From Macrostomum lignano (lineage: Eukaryota): 64,000 bases of DNA. Location of the stretch: the NCBI GenBank assembly GCA_002269645.1, contig NIVC01000158.1, positions 1-64,000 on the forward strand, written 5' to 3'. Shown piece after piece: positions 22,118-34,707 of this stretch (position 1 is its first letter; each line of letters opens with the position of its first letter). The position numbers and the translations under genes were made by a program. The notes under the pieces were generated by a model. It saw only the letters and a program-made list of their open reading frames with translations. It did no database searches and was not told the origin of the DNA.

Positions 22118-25100
22118 TCAAGCCGGGCCCAGCATATTCTCGGGCCGAACCCATCTATCGAAATCGTCGCCGCTGAGCAGGCCGAGGTCCAGCGCCGCCT
22201 GCCGCAGGCTCAGCCCGTTGGCGTGCGCGTGCTTAGCGATGGCAGCCGCCTTGTCGTAGCCAATATGCGGATTCAGAGCCGTCACCAGCATCAGCGACTG
22301 CGACATCAGCTCGGCTACACGGTCGGCGTTCACTTGGGTGCCCGACACGCAGCGATCGGCGAAGCTGACGGAGGCGTCGGCTAGGAGCGTCATCGAGTGG
22401 AGCACGTTGCGAACGATCAGCGGCTTGTACACGTTGAGCTGCAGGTGGCCTTGGCTGCCCCGATTGTCACGGCCACGTGATTACCCATCACCTGGCAAGC
22501 CACCATTGATAGAGCCTCGCATTGGGTCGGGTTCACCTTGCCTGAAGCACCGGGTGCGGGAATAAGTTAATTAAAATACATTAGCTGCATATTGATTGGG
22601 TTGGATTCCAGCTTAGATTCCTAGATTTCCGCTTAGACTCTCCTCTCAACTGACCCCTCACCTGACCCCCTCATTTGACCCCTCACCTGACCCCTCACCT
22701 GACTCCCTCACCTGACCCCTCACCTGACTCCCTCATTTGACCCCTCACCTGACCCCTCACCTGACTCCCTCATTTGACCCCTCACCTGACCCCTCACCTG
22801 ACTCCCTCATCTGACCCCTCACATGACTCCCACACCTGACTCACTCATTTGACCCCCTTACCTGACCCCTGCATTTGACCTGATCTCACCTGAGACACTC
22901 ATTTGGCACCCCACCTGATCTCCTCATTCGACTTCTTTGCTGACCACCTCATTTGCCTCCTCTCAGCCGATCGCCCTCTCACCTGATCGCCCTCTCACCT
23001 GATCTCCCTCTCACCTGATCTCCCTCTCACCTGATCTCCCTCTCACCTGATCCCCCACTCACCTGATCTCCCTCTCACCTGATCCCCCACTCACCTGATC
23101 TCCCTCTCACCTGATCCCCCTCTCACCTGACCCCCGCTCACTTCATTTCCCGTCTTACGTGACCCCACTCCCACTTACACCGACCCCCTCACCGGGCATG
23201 ATGCTGGATCCGGGCTCATTCTCTGGTAGCGTCAGCTCGCCCAGGCCGCAGCGAGGCCCGGAGCCGAGCAGGCGGAAGTCGTTGGCCAGCTTGGTGAGCG
23301 AGCAGGCCGTCGTGTTGAGCGAGCCGCTGAGCTCCACCAGTGCGTCGTGGCTGGCCAGCGCCTCGAACTTGTTGGGGGCCGATCTTGGAGCGGAAAATGA
23401 GCAGACAATAATTCACCGAGCAGATTAGCAAAATAGCAGATACCACAAGCTGAAATCCTATCCCCAAATCCCTTATGAACCAATCTGAAATCCCATTCCC
23501 CAGATCCCCTATAAACCAAGCTGAAATCCCATTCCCCAGATCCCCTATAAACCAAGCTGAAATCCCATTCCCCAGATCCCCTATAAACTAAGCTGTAAAT
23601 CCCATTCCCCAGATCCCCTATAAACTAAGCTGAAATCCCATTCCCCAGACCCCCTATAAACCAAGCTGAAATCCCATTCCCCAGACCCCCTATAAACCAA
23701 GCTGAAATCCCATTCCCCAGACCCCCTATAAACTAAGCTGAAATCCCATTCCCCAGACCCCCTATAAACTAAGCTGAAATCCCATTCCCCAGATCCCCTA
23801 TAAACCAAGCTGAAATCCCATTCCCTAGATCCCCTATAAACCAAGCTGAAATCCCATTCCCTAGATCCCCTATAAACCAAGCTGAAATCCCATTCCCAAG
23901 ATCCCTATAAATTCTCCCTAAAGTACAAAGTTCCCATTAAAGCATCCGGACATCCAAAGCCTGTAAAATCCCAGAAGAGACGCCACAGGCGCTGGTCCCT
24001 TCGTTCCGCACCTGAACGGCAGGCCGGTCAGGCGTGCCAGCGCGGCGGCCACATCTTCGCCGAATCCCGGCCAGCTGTTCAGCCCGGTGCCGACCGCGGT
24101 GCCGCCGATGGCCAGCTGGTGGACGTCAACTAAGCTGGCATCGATTCGGCGCAGGTCGCAGTCGAGCTGGTACACGAAGGCGCCGAACTCCTGGCCGACA
24201 GTGAGCGGAGTGGCGTCCTGCAGGTGAGTCCGGCCAAGCTTCACTACGCCCTGGAATTCGTCGGCTTTAGCAGCCAGAGCGTCGCGTAGTCGCTTCAACG
24301 AAGGCAGCAACCGGCCAGCGGCTTCCATGGCAACGGACACGTGCATAGCGGTTGGAAACACGTCATTTGAGCTCTGCCCCATGTTCACGTGATCGTTGGG
24401 GTGCACCGGAGTCTTGGAACCAATCTGGCCGCCGAGTAGTTCGATAGCCCGATTGCTGAGCACCTCGTTCATGTTCATGTTGGTCTGCGTGCCCGAGCCA
24501 GTCTGCCACACAACCAGGGGGAAGTGCCGGTCGAGCTGGCCGGAGATCACCTCGTCCGCGGCGCTGCAGATGGCCGACTGGACGGCCGGGTCAAGGCCAT
24601 GCTGACCGTTCACAGTGGCGGCCGCTTTCTTCACGTAGGCCAGGCCACGAATCACCTGTGACTGCGGAGATTCAGAGGGGGCACCCACGTTTAAAGTGTT
24701 CTGCGTATTGGCGCCGAACTATTACCGCAAATGAGGCCGATTTGTGAAGTGACAGTTTGTGAAGTGACCAGTTTGTGAAGTGACAAGTTTGTGAAGTGTC
24801 CAGTTTGTTAAGTGACCAGTTTGTGAAGTGACCAGTTTGTGAAGTGACAAGTTTGTGAAGTGTCCAGTTTGTTAAGTGACCAGTTTGTGAAGTGTCCAGT
24901 TTTTGAAGTGACCAGTGTGTGAAGTGTCCAGTTTGTGAAGTGACCAGTTTGTGAAGTGACAAGTTTGTGAAGTGTCCAGTTTGTTAAGTGACCAGTTTGT
25001 GAAGTGTCCAGTTTTTGAAGTGACCAGTGTGTGAAGTGACCAGTTTGTGAAGTGACCAGTTTGTGAAGTGACCAGTTTGTGAAGTGACAAGTTTGTGAAG

Positions 25101-27111
25101 TGTCCAGTTTGTTAAGTGACCAGTTTGTGAAGTGTCCAGTTTGTGAAATGACCAGTTTGTGAAGTGACCAGTTTGTGAAGTGTCCTGTGTGTGAAGTGTC
25201 CAGTTTGTGAAGTGACCAGTTTGTGAAGTGTCCTGTGTGTGAAGTGTCCAGTTTGTGAAGTGACCAGTTTGTGAAGTGTCCTGTGTGTGAAGTGTCCAGT
25301 TTGTGAAGTGACCAGTTTGTGAAGTGTCCAGTTTGTGAAGTGACCAGTTTGTGAAGTGACCAGTTTGTGAAGTGTCCAGTTTGTGAAGTGACCAGTTTGT
25401 GAAGTGACCAGTTTGTGAATTGTCCAGTTTGTGAAGTGACCAGTTTGTGAAGTGACAAGTTTGTGAAGTGTCCAGTTTGTTAAGTGACCAGTTTGTGAAG
25501 TGTCAGTTTGTGAAGTGTCCAGTTTGTGAAATGACCAGTTTGAGAAGTGACCAGTTTGTGAAGTGTCCTGAGTGTGAAGTGTCCAGTTTGTGAAGTGTCC
25601 AGTTTGTGAAGTGACCAGTTTGTGAAGTGACCAGTTTGTGAAGTGTCCAGTTTGTGAAGTGACCAGTTTGTGAAGTGACCAGTTTGTGAAGTGACAAGTT
25701 TGTGAAGTGACCAGTTTGTGAAGTGACCAGTTTGTGAAGTGTCCTGTGTGTGAAGTGTCCAGTTTGTGAAGTGACCAGTTTGTGAAGTGTCCTGTGTGTG
25801 AAGTGACCAGTTTGTGAAGTGACCAGTTTGTGAAGTGTCCTGTGTGTGAAGTGTCCAGTTTGTGAAGTGACCAGTTTGTGAAGTGTCCTGTGTGTGAAGT
25901 GTCCAGTTTGTTAAGTGTCCAGTTTGTGAAGTGACCAGTTTGTGAAGTGACCAGTTTGTGAAGTGACCAGTGTGTGAATTGTCCAGTTTGTGAAGTGTCC
26001 AGTTTGTGAAGTGTCAGTTTGTGAAGTGTCCAGTTTGTGAAATGACCAGTTTGTGAAGTGTCCAGTTTGTGAAGTGTCCAGTTTGTGAAGTGACCAGTTT
26101 GTGAAGTGTCCATTTTGTGAAGTGTCCAGTTTGTGAAGTGACCAGTTTGTGAAGTGTCCAGTTTGTGAAGTGACCAGTTTGTGAAGTGACCAGTTTGTGA
26201 AGTGTCCAGTTTGTGAAGTGACCAGTTTATGAAGTGTCCAGTTTTTGAAGTGTTCAGTTATCTGATAGGTGTCCATTTATGAAGTGTGTAGTTTGCAAAG
26301 CTCTTACTCGTAGATCTATAGTTTTACAGAATATTTACAACTTAAGCGACAAGGTCTTGATTTATTCTAATTTATTGGAATAAAATTGCCTAAGAGCCTT
26401 TATGTTATTATCCAAGTAAACCATATTCAATACATATCAATCTCAAAATAGAATATAATTATCTAAATTACGGTCGAAAGCCTTTTTTCTTGCGACAGCG
26501 GTACGCTTCATTTGTCATTTTAAATGCCATTCTTACTTGATGCCAAAGAGATCTCTGAAAGATATGACAAGTCTGACACCAATATATTGATAGGCTCGCA
26601 ACAACATGAGCGCAGAATCAGAATCTCAGACAGACAAAAAATCGCATATAGATCAGGTTTTATTGCACCGCTCTGGACCTCAAGAATTATTTTATAACAT
26701 GCGCATAAATTATGCAGTCAACTTGGAATATCTGGCTCTGGACAACTGCGCAGCACTGGTGCAAAAATCTCCATTATATCTATGCATTGCTTTGACTCTT
26801 ACTCTCCCCCTCCCTATCTCTACTAGCTGTTCCTGTGCTCAAGCAATAGACACAAATATACAGTAATAACCAACACTTACAGGCATTCTGTCTGCATCTC
26901 GGCCAATATTGAAATTGATCAGTGACCTGGCAGTCTGGGCGCCGTAATATGCCCAGGAGGGCACTGCTATCTCGCCAAAGGTGTCCCGTTCTATGCGAGT
27001 GTCAGCGGCGCCAGCCCTGACTGACATGCTGGCAATGACAGGATTGACTTGGCGACCCGATAGCAACTGCTGTAGCAATAATTTGCTGCTGTGCCTGGCT
27101 AGTGCAAAACC
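22118..27111 (-). CDS. FH: Class II fumarate hydratase (mitochondrial/cytosolic); start codon unresolved; apparent 1-nt deletion in the last exon
   Basis: Exons 26881-27111, 24012-24661, 23193-23383 and 22118-22541. Motifs include [65 protein letters not shown], the signature [16 protein letters not shown] and [13 protein letters not shown]. Confidence 0.96.
22650..23135. repeat. 12-15-bp C-rich repeat (TGACCCCTCACC, grading into TCTCACCTGATCCCC), last FH intron
   Basis: Directly visible. Confidence 0.9.
23440..23910. repeat. 36-bp minisatellite (GCTGAAATCCCATTCCCCAGATCCCCTATAAACCAA), FH intron
   Basis: Directly visible; 12-aa period in the spurious ORF. Confidence 0.95.
24740..26290. repeat. 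16-bp minisatellite (CAGTTTGTGAAGTGAC / CAGTTTGTGAAGTGTC), ~1.5 kb, FH intron
   Basis: Directly visible; source of the [16 protein letters not shown] ORFs. Confidence 0.97.
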
Positions 27112-27713
27112 CTGCAGTGTGAGAGATACTGTTTTTGCATAATGGATTTTGGCTTTACCAGTTTTATTGTCAATTTAAATTATAGGATGCAGAATTTCCA
27201 TACTTCTATAAGGCAATACACTAACCACTGAATGTTGAACTCAGTATTCAATAGTTTGAAACTTTTCAGCTAATTTCTAAGAATGCCAAATATGAGATGC
27301 AAAATTAATGTTTAAAATTATCTAAATATCTTTCAAATTTAAAATGACAACAATACAAATGATGTCACACAGTTTGTATTAGCCTTGGTAATATAGAATC
27401 TTTTTAATATACTTCTATTGAAAAAAAAACTATAAAATTGTTTTTCAGAGCATTGAGTTGGAAAAGTTTTGCAAAAATAGAAAGGTAAAGGAAATACAAA
27501 CAATAGAAATTTAGTATGTACTTAGACAGCAAAAACAAATCAGTCAAAAGACATTTAAACATTTTTAGTCTGTTCTTTCTTCTAAATATCCCTAAAAATG
27601 AGTCTAAAATGTTTGAATAATACTTTTAGAGATTTCCAATGATTAACATGTCATTAGAAGGCATGAACAAGACCTTTAAAAAGACATACTAAAACATTTT
27701 GCATTTCCTAGGC

Positions 27714-30000
27714 AATAGTGTAGTACACATAGTCAGTTTCTAGATTCCTATAATCTGGTTAGCAGAAGTTTTCTGTCCATTATCAGTTGTGCAAAAAGTG
27801 CAAACAGTTTGGCATGTTTGTCTGCACTATTGATGTATTATATTTCAATTTCTCCTTGGTTACTTGAAACCAATGTAGTTTCACATCATACAAATACAGT
27901 GCAGTCAATATTGTTTGCACATGTGGAAATCATTATTTCAAGTCTAGCAATCAATTTAGTTATTATATGATGCAATTCATACCTTTAAGCTCAATGACTA
28001 CCACTGCTAGCATGTTTTACTTAAAATAGGGTTGCATTCAATGGACTTAGTGCTTTCTGTGATTATTTGACTTGCATCCCAAAATGGCTATGTTACTCTA
28101 TAGTCAGTAGTATACATTTGTATGTTTCTAGACTATTGGGTAGTATTAGTAGTATTACGTAGTGTTGGGGGTGTTGGGGGTGTTGGAGGGGGATTAATTG
28201 TGTTTAAGAGTGTTTTTTGGTTCCCCCCTCGTGTCCCCCCTCTAGCCCTTCAAATCGTCTGTTTGAAAAGGGGTTCTGGGTCTAGAAACGTACAAATGTA
28301 TACTACTATAGTCATTGCTTTATTTTGCACTGAAAATTTATTCCTATGATTCAATATGGCTAAGCAAGTCTATAGAAACCACAGATACTAGAATAACTAG
28401 ATGTGTTACTTGCAAAAAATGTGTTTCTCTACTCTTTTTTCAGTAGCAGAATTAGCATTTTTTGCCTTAATAAAAGTGAAATTAAAATTGATCTACTTTA
28501 AAACGAAATTTTTAAGTTTTTAAAGCTGCAAAATTTGTCTGTGCCTAATTCTACAAGCAGGCTAATTAAATAAGCATGTCTGCTGAGTTTTACCAGTTCA
28601 AAAATAAACCAATTTAAGCCTTAAGACTGTAGAAAACTATAACAATGTAAAATTCCCAAATTCAGTGCTTGGCATAGAGAGCAAGACAGAATTAGTGCTG
28701 GCGCCCAGACATCTCTCTACTGCTCTCTTATTGGCTAAGCTAGATTGGGCCGCCCCCCCCCCCCCTAGGCTGAGTTTTGTCCATCTTGCATTCATTTGTG
28801 TACATTGAGTCAACAAATGCTTGTTCATTCTTAACCCCATATGCTCTTGAGGCTGCAAGCCCTAAGGAAGGAAAGGAATTTTATCTTCTACATCAAATTT
28901 ATATTACATTAGCATAGACAACTACTGAAAAAAAAGTAGAGGCTCTACTTTTTCACAATTTTAATTGCGAGTGACATATCTAGTTATTCTAGTATCTGTA
29001 GTAGAAACCAAACAACAAATACTGATTGGCAACAACTAGTTGATGCCTTTGAAGCTGGCAACAAGTCTGACAACTGGAAGGTGTTGGCTAATGTCCTAAA
29101 CATCAAGAATTCCATTACCAAGCTACCTGGGTTCAAGAAGCTCAGACTGCCAAGTTGAGGTGTAGTAGAAGATAGTCTATTATTAATAGTATCCTAAATT
29201 GGCACCAAGAAACCATTTGTAACTCTCATTAAAGTCAAGGAGCTTCTATAGTAGAGACTGCCCAGAAAGCCACCTGTTCTATCTCTATCATTGCCAGAGT
29301 GCTGGAAGGATAGCTCATCACCTGCAAAGTTGCAGGCAAGGATGCCGATGCTCCTCTAGAGAGAAATTGGTGTGACATTATTGTTGCCTAGCAGCAGCTT
29401 GCCAAACCTGCCATGGTACATCAAATAGCTGATGCTGAAAATAATTGCTAGAATGAAGGCCTCAGTCTCTGTGACTGGCATACAAGGATTCTAATCAAAA
29501 TAGGCAGAACCGCTTTAAACAACATCACTATTCAGAAGTGTCAAAACTGATATGGCCATCTGCACCACTTTATGCCCAAATTTCTGGTAGGTAAGCCAAT
29601 CATCAATGGATAATTAATAATGAAATCTTTCTGATATTGTTGGTATGATTTTGCATAGCATTGAACCAGACAGATGAAATTTATAAAAATAAACTGAAAA
29701 TGATAAAGGAACATGCCTTTGATTTATAGGATTTGAAAACTGATTGCTACAGTCAATAATGATTTCCACTTGTGCAAACAAAATTGTTGTACACAATATT
29801 GACTGCACTGTATTGGTACAATGTGAAGCTACATTCATTTCAAGTGGACAAAGAGAAATTGAAATATAATACATCAATAATGTAGACAAACATGCCAAAC
29901 TGTTTGCATTTTTTGCACAACTGATGATAGATGGAAAAACTCTATAAATCAGATTGTAGGAATCTAAATTCTAGAAACTGACTATGTGTACTATGCTATT
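27714..30000 (+). mobile_element. Decayed Tc1/IS630-superfamily-like element with ~250-bp inverted repeats and transposase remnant
   Basis: 27714-~27957 is the imperfect reverse complement of ~29738-30000 (AATAG..TAGTACACATAGTCAGTTTCTAGA). The segment ~29020-29590 translates, with stops and frameshifts, to RQQLVDAFEAGNKSDNWKVLANVLNIK...IARVLEG*LITCKV...PLERN...ITIQKCQN*YGHLHHFMPKFL. This resembles IS630/Tc1-like transposases from recollection, not from a search. Confidence 0.6.
28382..28998. mobile_element. MITE nested in the element above, ~70-bp imperfect TIRs starting CAGATACTAGAATAACTAGAT
   Basis: 28382 onward matches the reverse complement of the segment ending at 28998, which is followed by TA. 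Confidence 0.7.
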
Positions 30001-30549
30001 AATCAGGAAATGCTATAAAACAAAATACTATAGACTAATAGACCAAGGTGAATATCATATATCAAACATACAAAATATAAATTTTGTTGTTTTTAAAAGA
30101 AATTTATATTATTATATTATCTTAATATTTTTAGAAAATATCATTAAAATTTGTTTTATTAAGTAACTAGTTGCTTTGCTAAACCATTTTGACTATATAT
30201 TTTTTACCTCTAAACTTTTGCCCATAGGCCTTCAAACCAATTTGGTTGCAGACTAATATTAGTATTAGTAGATTTAGTATAGGTAGATAGGGATCGGTAA
30301 CAGTGTAAATCTTTGTAGTTCCTGATTTCAGCACAATTGAGCAGGTATGATAATTGTAGTGATGCTAATGTATAATAATGCATACTAATAATATTTTAAT
30401 ATATAAAATGTAATTAATAATCCGCCATATCCTCATACAAAATCATAAAACTATAGGCGACTTCCACGCATCTTAGAAAATGAAAATTAGAAATACAAGA
30501 GCTCAAAAATAGGTTTCTTTAAGGTTCCGCAAAACTTTGGCTGGCAAAC

Positions 30550-30835
30550 CTCACAAGAAAATTTCCTGCAAGCATAATTCGGCAAGCAAAGTTCGGCAAG
30601 CAAAGTTCGGCAAGCAAAGCTCGGCAAGCAAACTTCGGCAGGCAAAATTCCGCAAGCAAAGTTCGGCAAGCAGACTTCGGCAAGCAAAATTCCGCAAGCA
30701 AAGTTCGGCAAGCAGACTTCGGCAAGCAAAATTCTGCAAGCAAAATTCGGCAAGCAGACTTCGGCAAGCAAATTTCCGCAAGCAAAAGTCCCGCAAGCAA
30801 ACTTCGGCAAGCAAACTTCTCGCAAGCAAATTTCA
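30550..30835. repeat. ~14-bp minisatellite (TTCGGCAAGCAAAG)
   Basis: Directly visible. Confidence 0.9.
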
Positions 30836-32479
30836 TAGACCCTTATACGATACGGATACACCAATGCATTTAGGCAAAAAGAAAATGTTGTTATAAATCG
30901 CTTCGTAGAAAGCTGCATTTTTAAGTTTTATTTATTATAATTGGTAAAACAAATTATTTTTGCAAATTGTTGCAGAAATGATTGAATATACATTTTAAAT
31001 TACTTTAGAGTATTCAAAAAAATTAGCGGGTTTTTTAAGTTTTATAAATTTTTTATTTAAAGAATTCTACGTTTATTGACGCAAGTTTAAACTTGTGAAC
31101 TTTCGTAAAGTAATTTAAAAATTAACAGATCACTGGCTGGCCAGCTGGCAACTGTGCTATAATGAAGTTTTGTGCCACAATATGATTTTTTTAAACTTTT
31201 ATATTCATTTCCGATTTATATTCGGCAAATATTGCTATTAATAAGGTATTATGTATGTTTGTATGTATGTGTTTCACATCACATCCTTATATACTAATTC
31301 TGATCTGACTAGTTTAGGGGCCTATAGGTCTAATGAAACTTCCATGGATTTAATTACAGATTTACGATTACCTGATTTAGGCTAAATCAATACCCTAATT
31401 ATTCCTAATTGGAAGGCAAAAAAATTAAGCAAAGGGCATTTTGAAAATTGAACTTTTGTAAGTAGGCGTAACCTAGGCCCTAGCTAAGATAAGAAGAAAG
31501 ATTCTATAATTTTTTTAATGTGGTTAGCAGCCAGCAGTTAAGATGGCCTCTTAACTGTGCAGTTCCTCATTAGAGATTGCTTGCACCAAAAGGCAAGACA
31601 AATATTAGACTTTGTGAGGGCAACAAGGCACTTAATTGCTCCTTGCTTCTAGGGGGCTTAGACTGGTACAAACTTGAACACAAGCGGCCATGTGGTGGCA
31701 AATGGCAGGAAATTATTGTGAAGCTTTTTCTAGAATTCAGTGGTGATGTGGTTCTCTAAAACTTTCCTGTAGGTTGCAACTTAGAAAGCAGTAGCCTACT
31801 CAAGCTAGACAATGCATTTTGTAAGACTAGCAGCACTAGAAGCACTCAAATATTTAGAGGAAGGCATCAATAAAGTAGTCATAGAGGATCTGATGGGGAA
31901 GGCTCTGGCAATGCGGGTCCTAGTCATTTCGTCAATTGACGTTTCGTCAACTGGCCATTTCGTCAACTTGGTTTTATCACTGGTCATTTCGTCAACTAGC
32001 CAATGAAGCAATCTCAAACCTCGGTCACTTCATCAACTGGCCAATAGGAAGTGTTCCAACATTGATCACTTTGTCAACTGTCAATAAACTACCCCCCCTC
32101 GCAGCCGCCAAAAAGTGAAACTGAACCCTGAAATGACTAAGTCAACAGGCTAATTAATATTCATACCCTCTGCAACATCTGCCGGCTTTCAATTGATGAG
32201 TCTCTGTTATATGCTTGTACATATACTAACAAAATATAATGCACCCATGTGTTTGAAATGTGTGCAGCACAACGAGGTTGACATCCCGTGTGCACATTTG
32301 TATATGTTAAATTTCGAATGCAGAAGTTAATTAAGAAGTAGTATATGTAGTTGAAAAGTACCCGGACCAAAGATAACACTTGAAGTGGCCGGGTCCTCTA
32401 TTTGCAAAACATACATATAGAAAGCATTCCAAATCAAGCCATTACATACATGAATGTGGTCATGTATGACTGCGCAGCA

Positions 32480-32670
32480 GGTCGCTTGGACGGAACAGGT
32501 TGGCGCGGTGATACAAAGCTGTGTTGGTCACTCGTGTAGGCAATCTTGAAGGCAGCGTGCAGTAGGCCAGCGTGTGCCGCGTCAACTTGTTGCTCGAGCG
32601 ACTTCATCAGTGTCTAGGTCTTGACAGTATACAGCAAGATGGTCTCGATCACCGCCTCGCCTGGAACAAC
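32480..32670 (-). mobile_element. Degenerate RTE-like LINE fragment (post-RT domain)
   Basis: The minus strand translates to AVIETILLYTVKT*TLMKSLEQQVDAAHAGLLHAAFKI then, after a frameshift, RVTNTALYHRANLFRPSDLLR. This resembles the LLYGCETWTLTK...LRxI...VTNEELYRR region of RTE ORF2. Confidence 0.65.
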
Positions 32671-33257
32671 GCTGCCCTCTAGTGGTCAGCTGTACATTAA
32701 GCTGGCCTTGGACTGCAGGACTCCCCAGACTACCATGTAAATGTACTATAGCTCAAGCCAGTAGTGTTGGAACATATTTCAGAGGGGGGGCTAATGATGG
32801 GAGGGCACATTGCACATAATTTCTTCTAATCTAAGGGCACCCAAACTCCTGCTGTTAGTTTGTGGCATTATGACATAACCAGGCCAATATTCAATTCTGT
32901 GTTGGAGTAGCCGAAAGTCTGGCTGAAAATGCTCAAATTTTCAACTAATTCAAACATTGCGCAACTGTACTGCACTCATTTCAAGGACTGCGCTTAAGTG
33001 ACTTCAGTGGTCCTTGACTAATTTTTTTAGTATACAGTCATAGATATCTCAAATGAATGAAACTATGAAACAAATAAATGAAAATAATGGCAAGACCAGT
33101 AATTTTCTAGATCTCTTGGTGCTGTCTATTCTTTTAGCTGATGGCATTTTAGTTATTTTGGTTGTAGCACCCGCAGCGGTTTAATTAAGTCTTGGGATTG
33201 CGGCAGACTCAAAATTTTGATCAGAAGCCCCAAAGGAGAAGGGCTAAATAGCTAAAA

Positions 33258-33770
33258 CAGAGGTCGTCAAACTCCAGTTTGTGGGCCACATGTGGCCTGC
33301 AAAGTCTATCCGGCCCTCGGATCCTTTGAATCTTCATAATAGAAATCTGGACTGCTCAATTTTGTGTCTCTTTTCAGCTCTCTTCTTTTACCTCTCTTCT
33401 CTCTCACCTGTCCTCTCCTCTCCTCTCTCCTTTCTTCTCATCTCTCACCTCTCTCCTCTCCTCTTCCTTTTCTTCTCCATTCTCTTCTCCCTTCCCTCCT
33501 CTCTCAATCCTCTCTTTTCCTCTCTTCTCTATTTTGTCTCTCCTCTCCTCTTGATCGATCCTCTCCTATTTCATCTCTCCTCTCAATTGTATACTCTCTT
33601 ATCCTTATTCCTTTGCCTCTCCTTTCTTCTACGAGTACGCCAGCTCGTATTTCTCTTTTCTATTCCCTATTCTCTCTCCCTCCTTTGGCTTGCAATCATC
33701 AGGGACTCCTGGGCAGTCATTGCACTAGGTTCTCAATCTGGCCCTTGAGGTAAAAAGTTTGCTGACCCTA
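33258..33770. mobile_element. hAT-like MITE carrying an internal CT-rich low-complexity tract
   Basis: Left end CAGAGGTCGTCAAAC...GGGCCACATGTGGCC; right end GGCCCTTGAGGTAAAAAGTTTGCTGACCCTA. These are degenerate versions of hAT CAGGGGTNGGCAAAC termini. No clear 8-bp TSD. Confidence 0.6.
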
Positions 33771-34254
33771 CATGTAAAAGCACTAGGCTTAGGCACATGG
33801 CCAAGTCTTGTGCAGCTACATAAGCAGGAATGCACGAATCAAGAGCACGCCGCTATGGTACTGCACCCAATATCGCCAATTGGTTTGCGTGTCTGCCTAT
33901 GCCTTTGTGTCTGTCTGCTCATGTCTGCTTATGCCTTCTTACAGTACATTGTACATTTTAGTGTTAAGCATGACAGGGATTGAAATACCTTAATACATGT
34001 ATGGCATGATCGATCAATGAGCGCGCGTGAATTGTGTGTAATTATACACAATCCGATCAAGAGCATTACTGGATATCAAGATTTGCTGCGGGGGCTTTGG
34101 TTGACTGTGCACAGTGGGGTGGAGGGGTTGGAATGAGGCGCACATAGTCCACCAATTTTCACAGCTCCATATATAGGGGACTTTATAGCAGTCCTTGATG
34201 CGTTTTGATAGGAGAAATACCCATGTTATGTAGTCGCGTGTATGGTCACATAAC

Positions 34255-34707
<453 letters not shown>

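Noticed and set aside
24672-26276. Multiple [16 protein letters not shown] ORFs
   Set aside because: 16-bp array in an FH intron.
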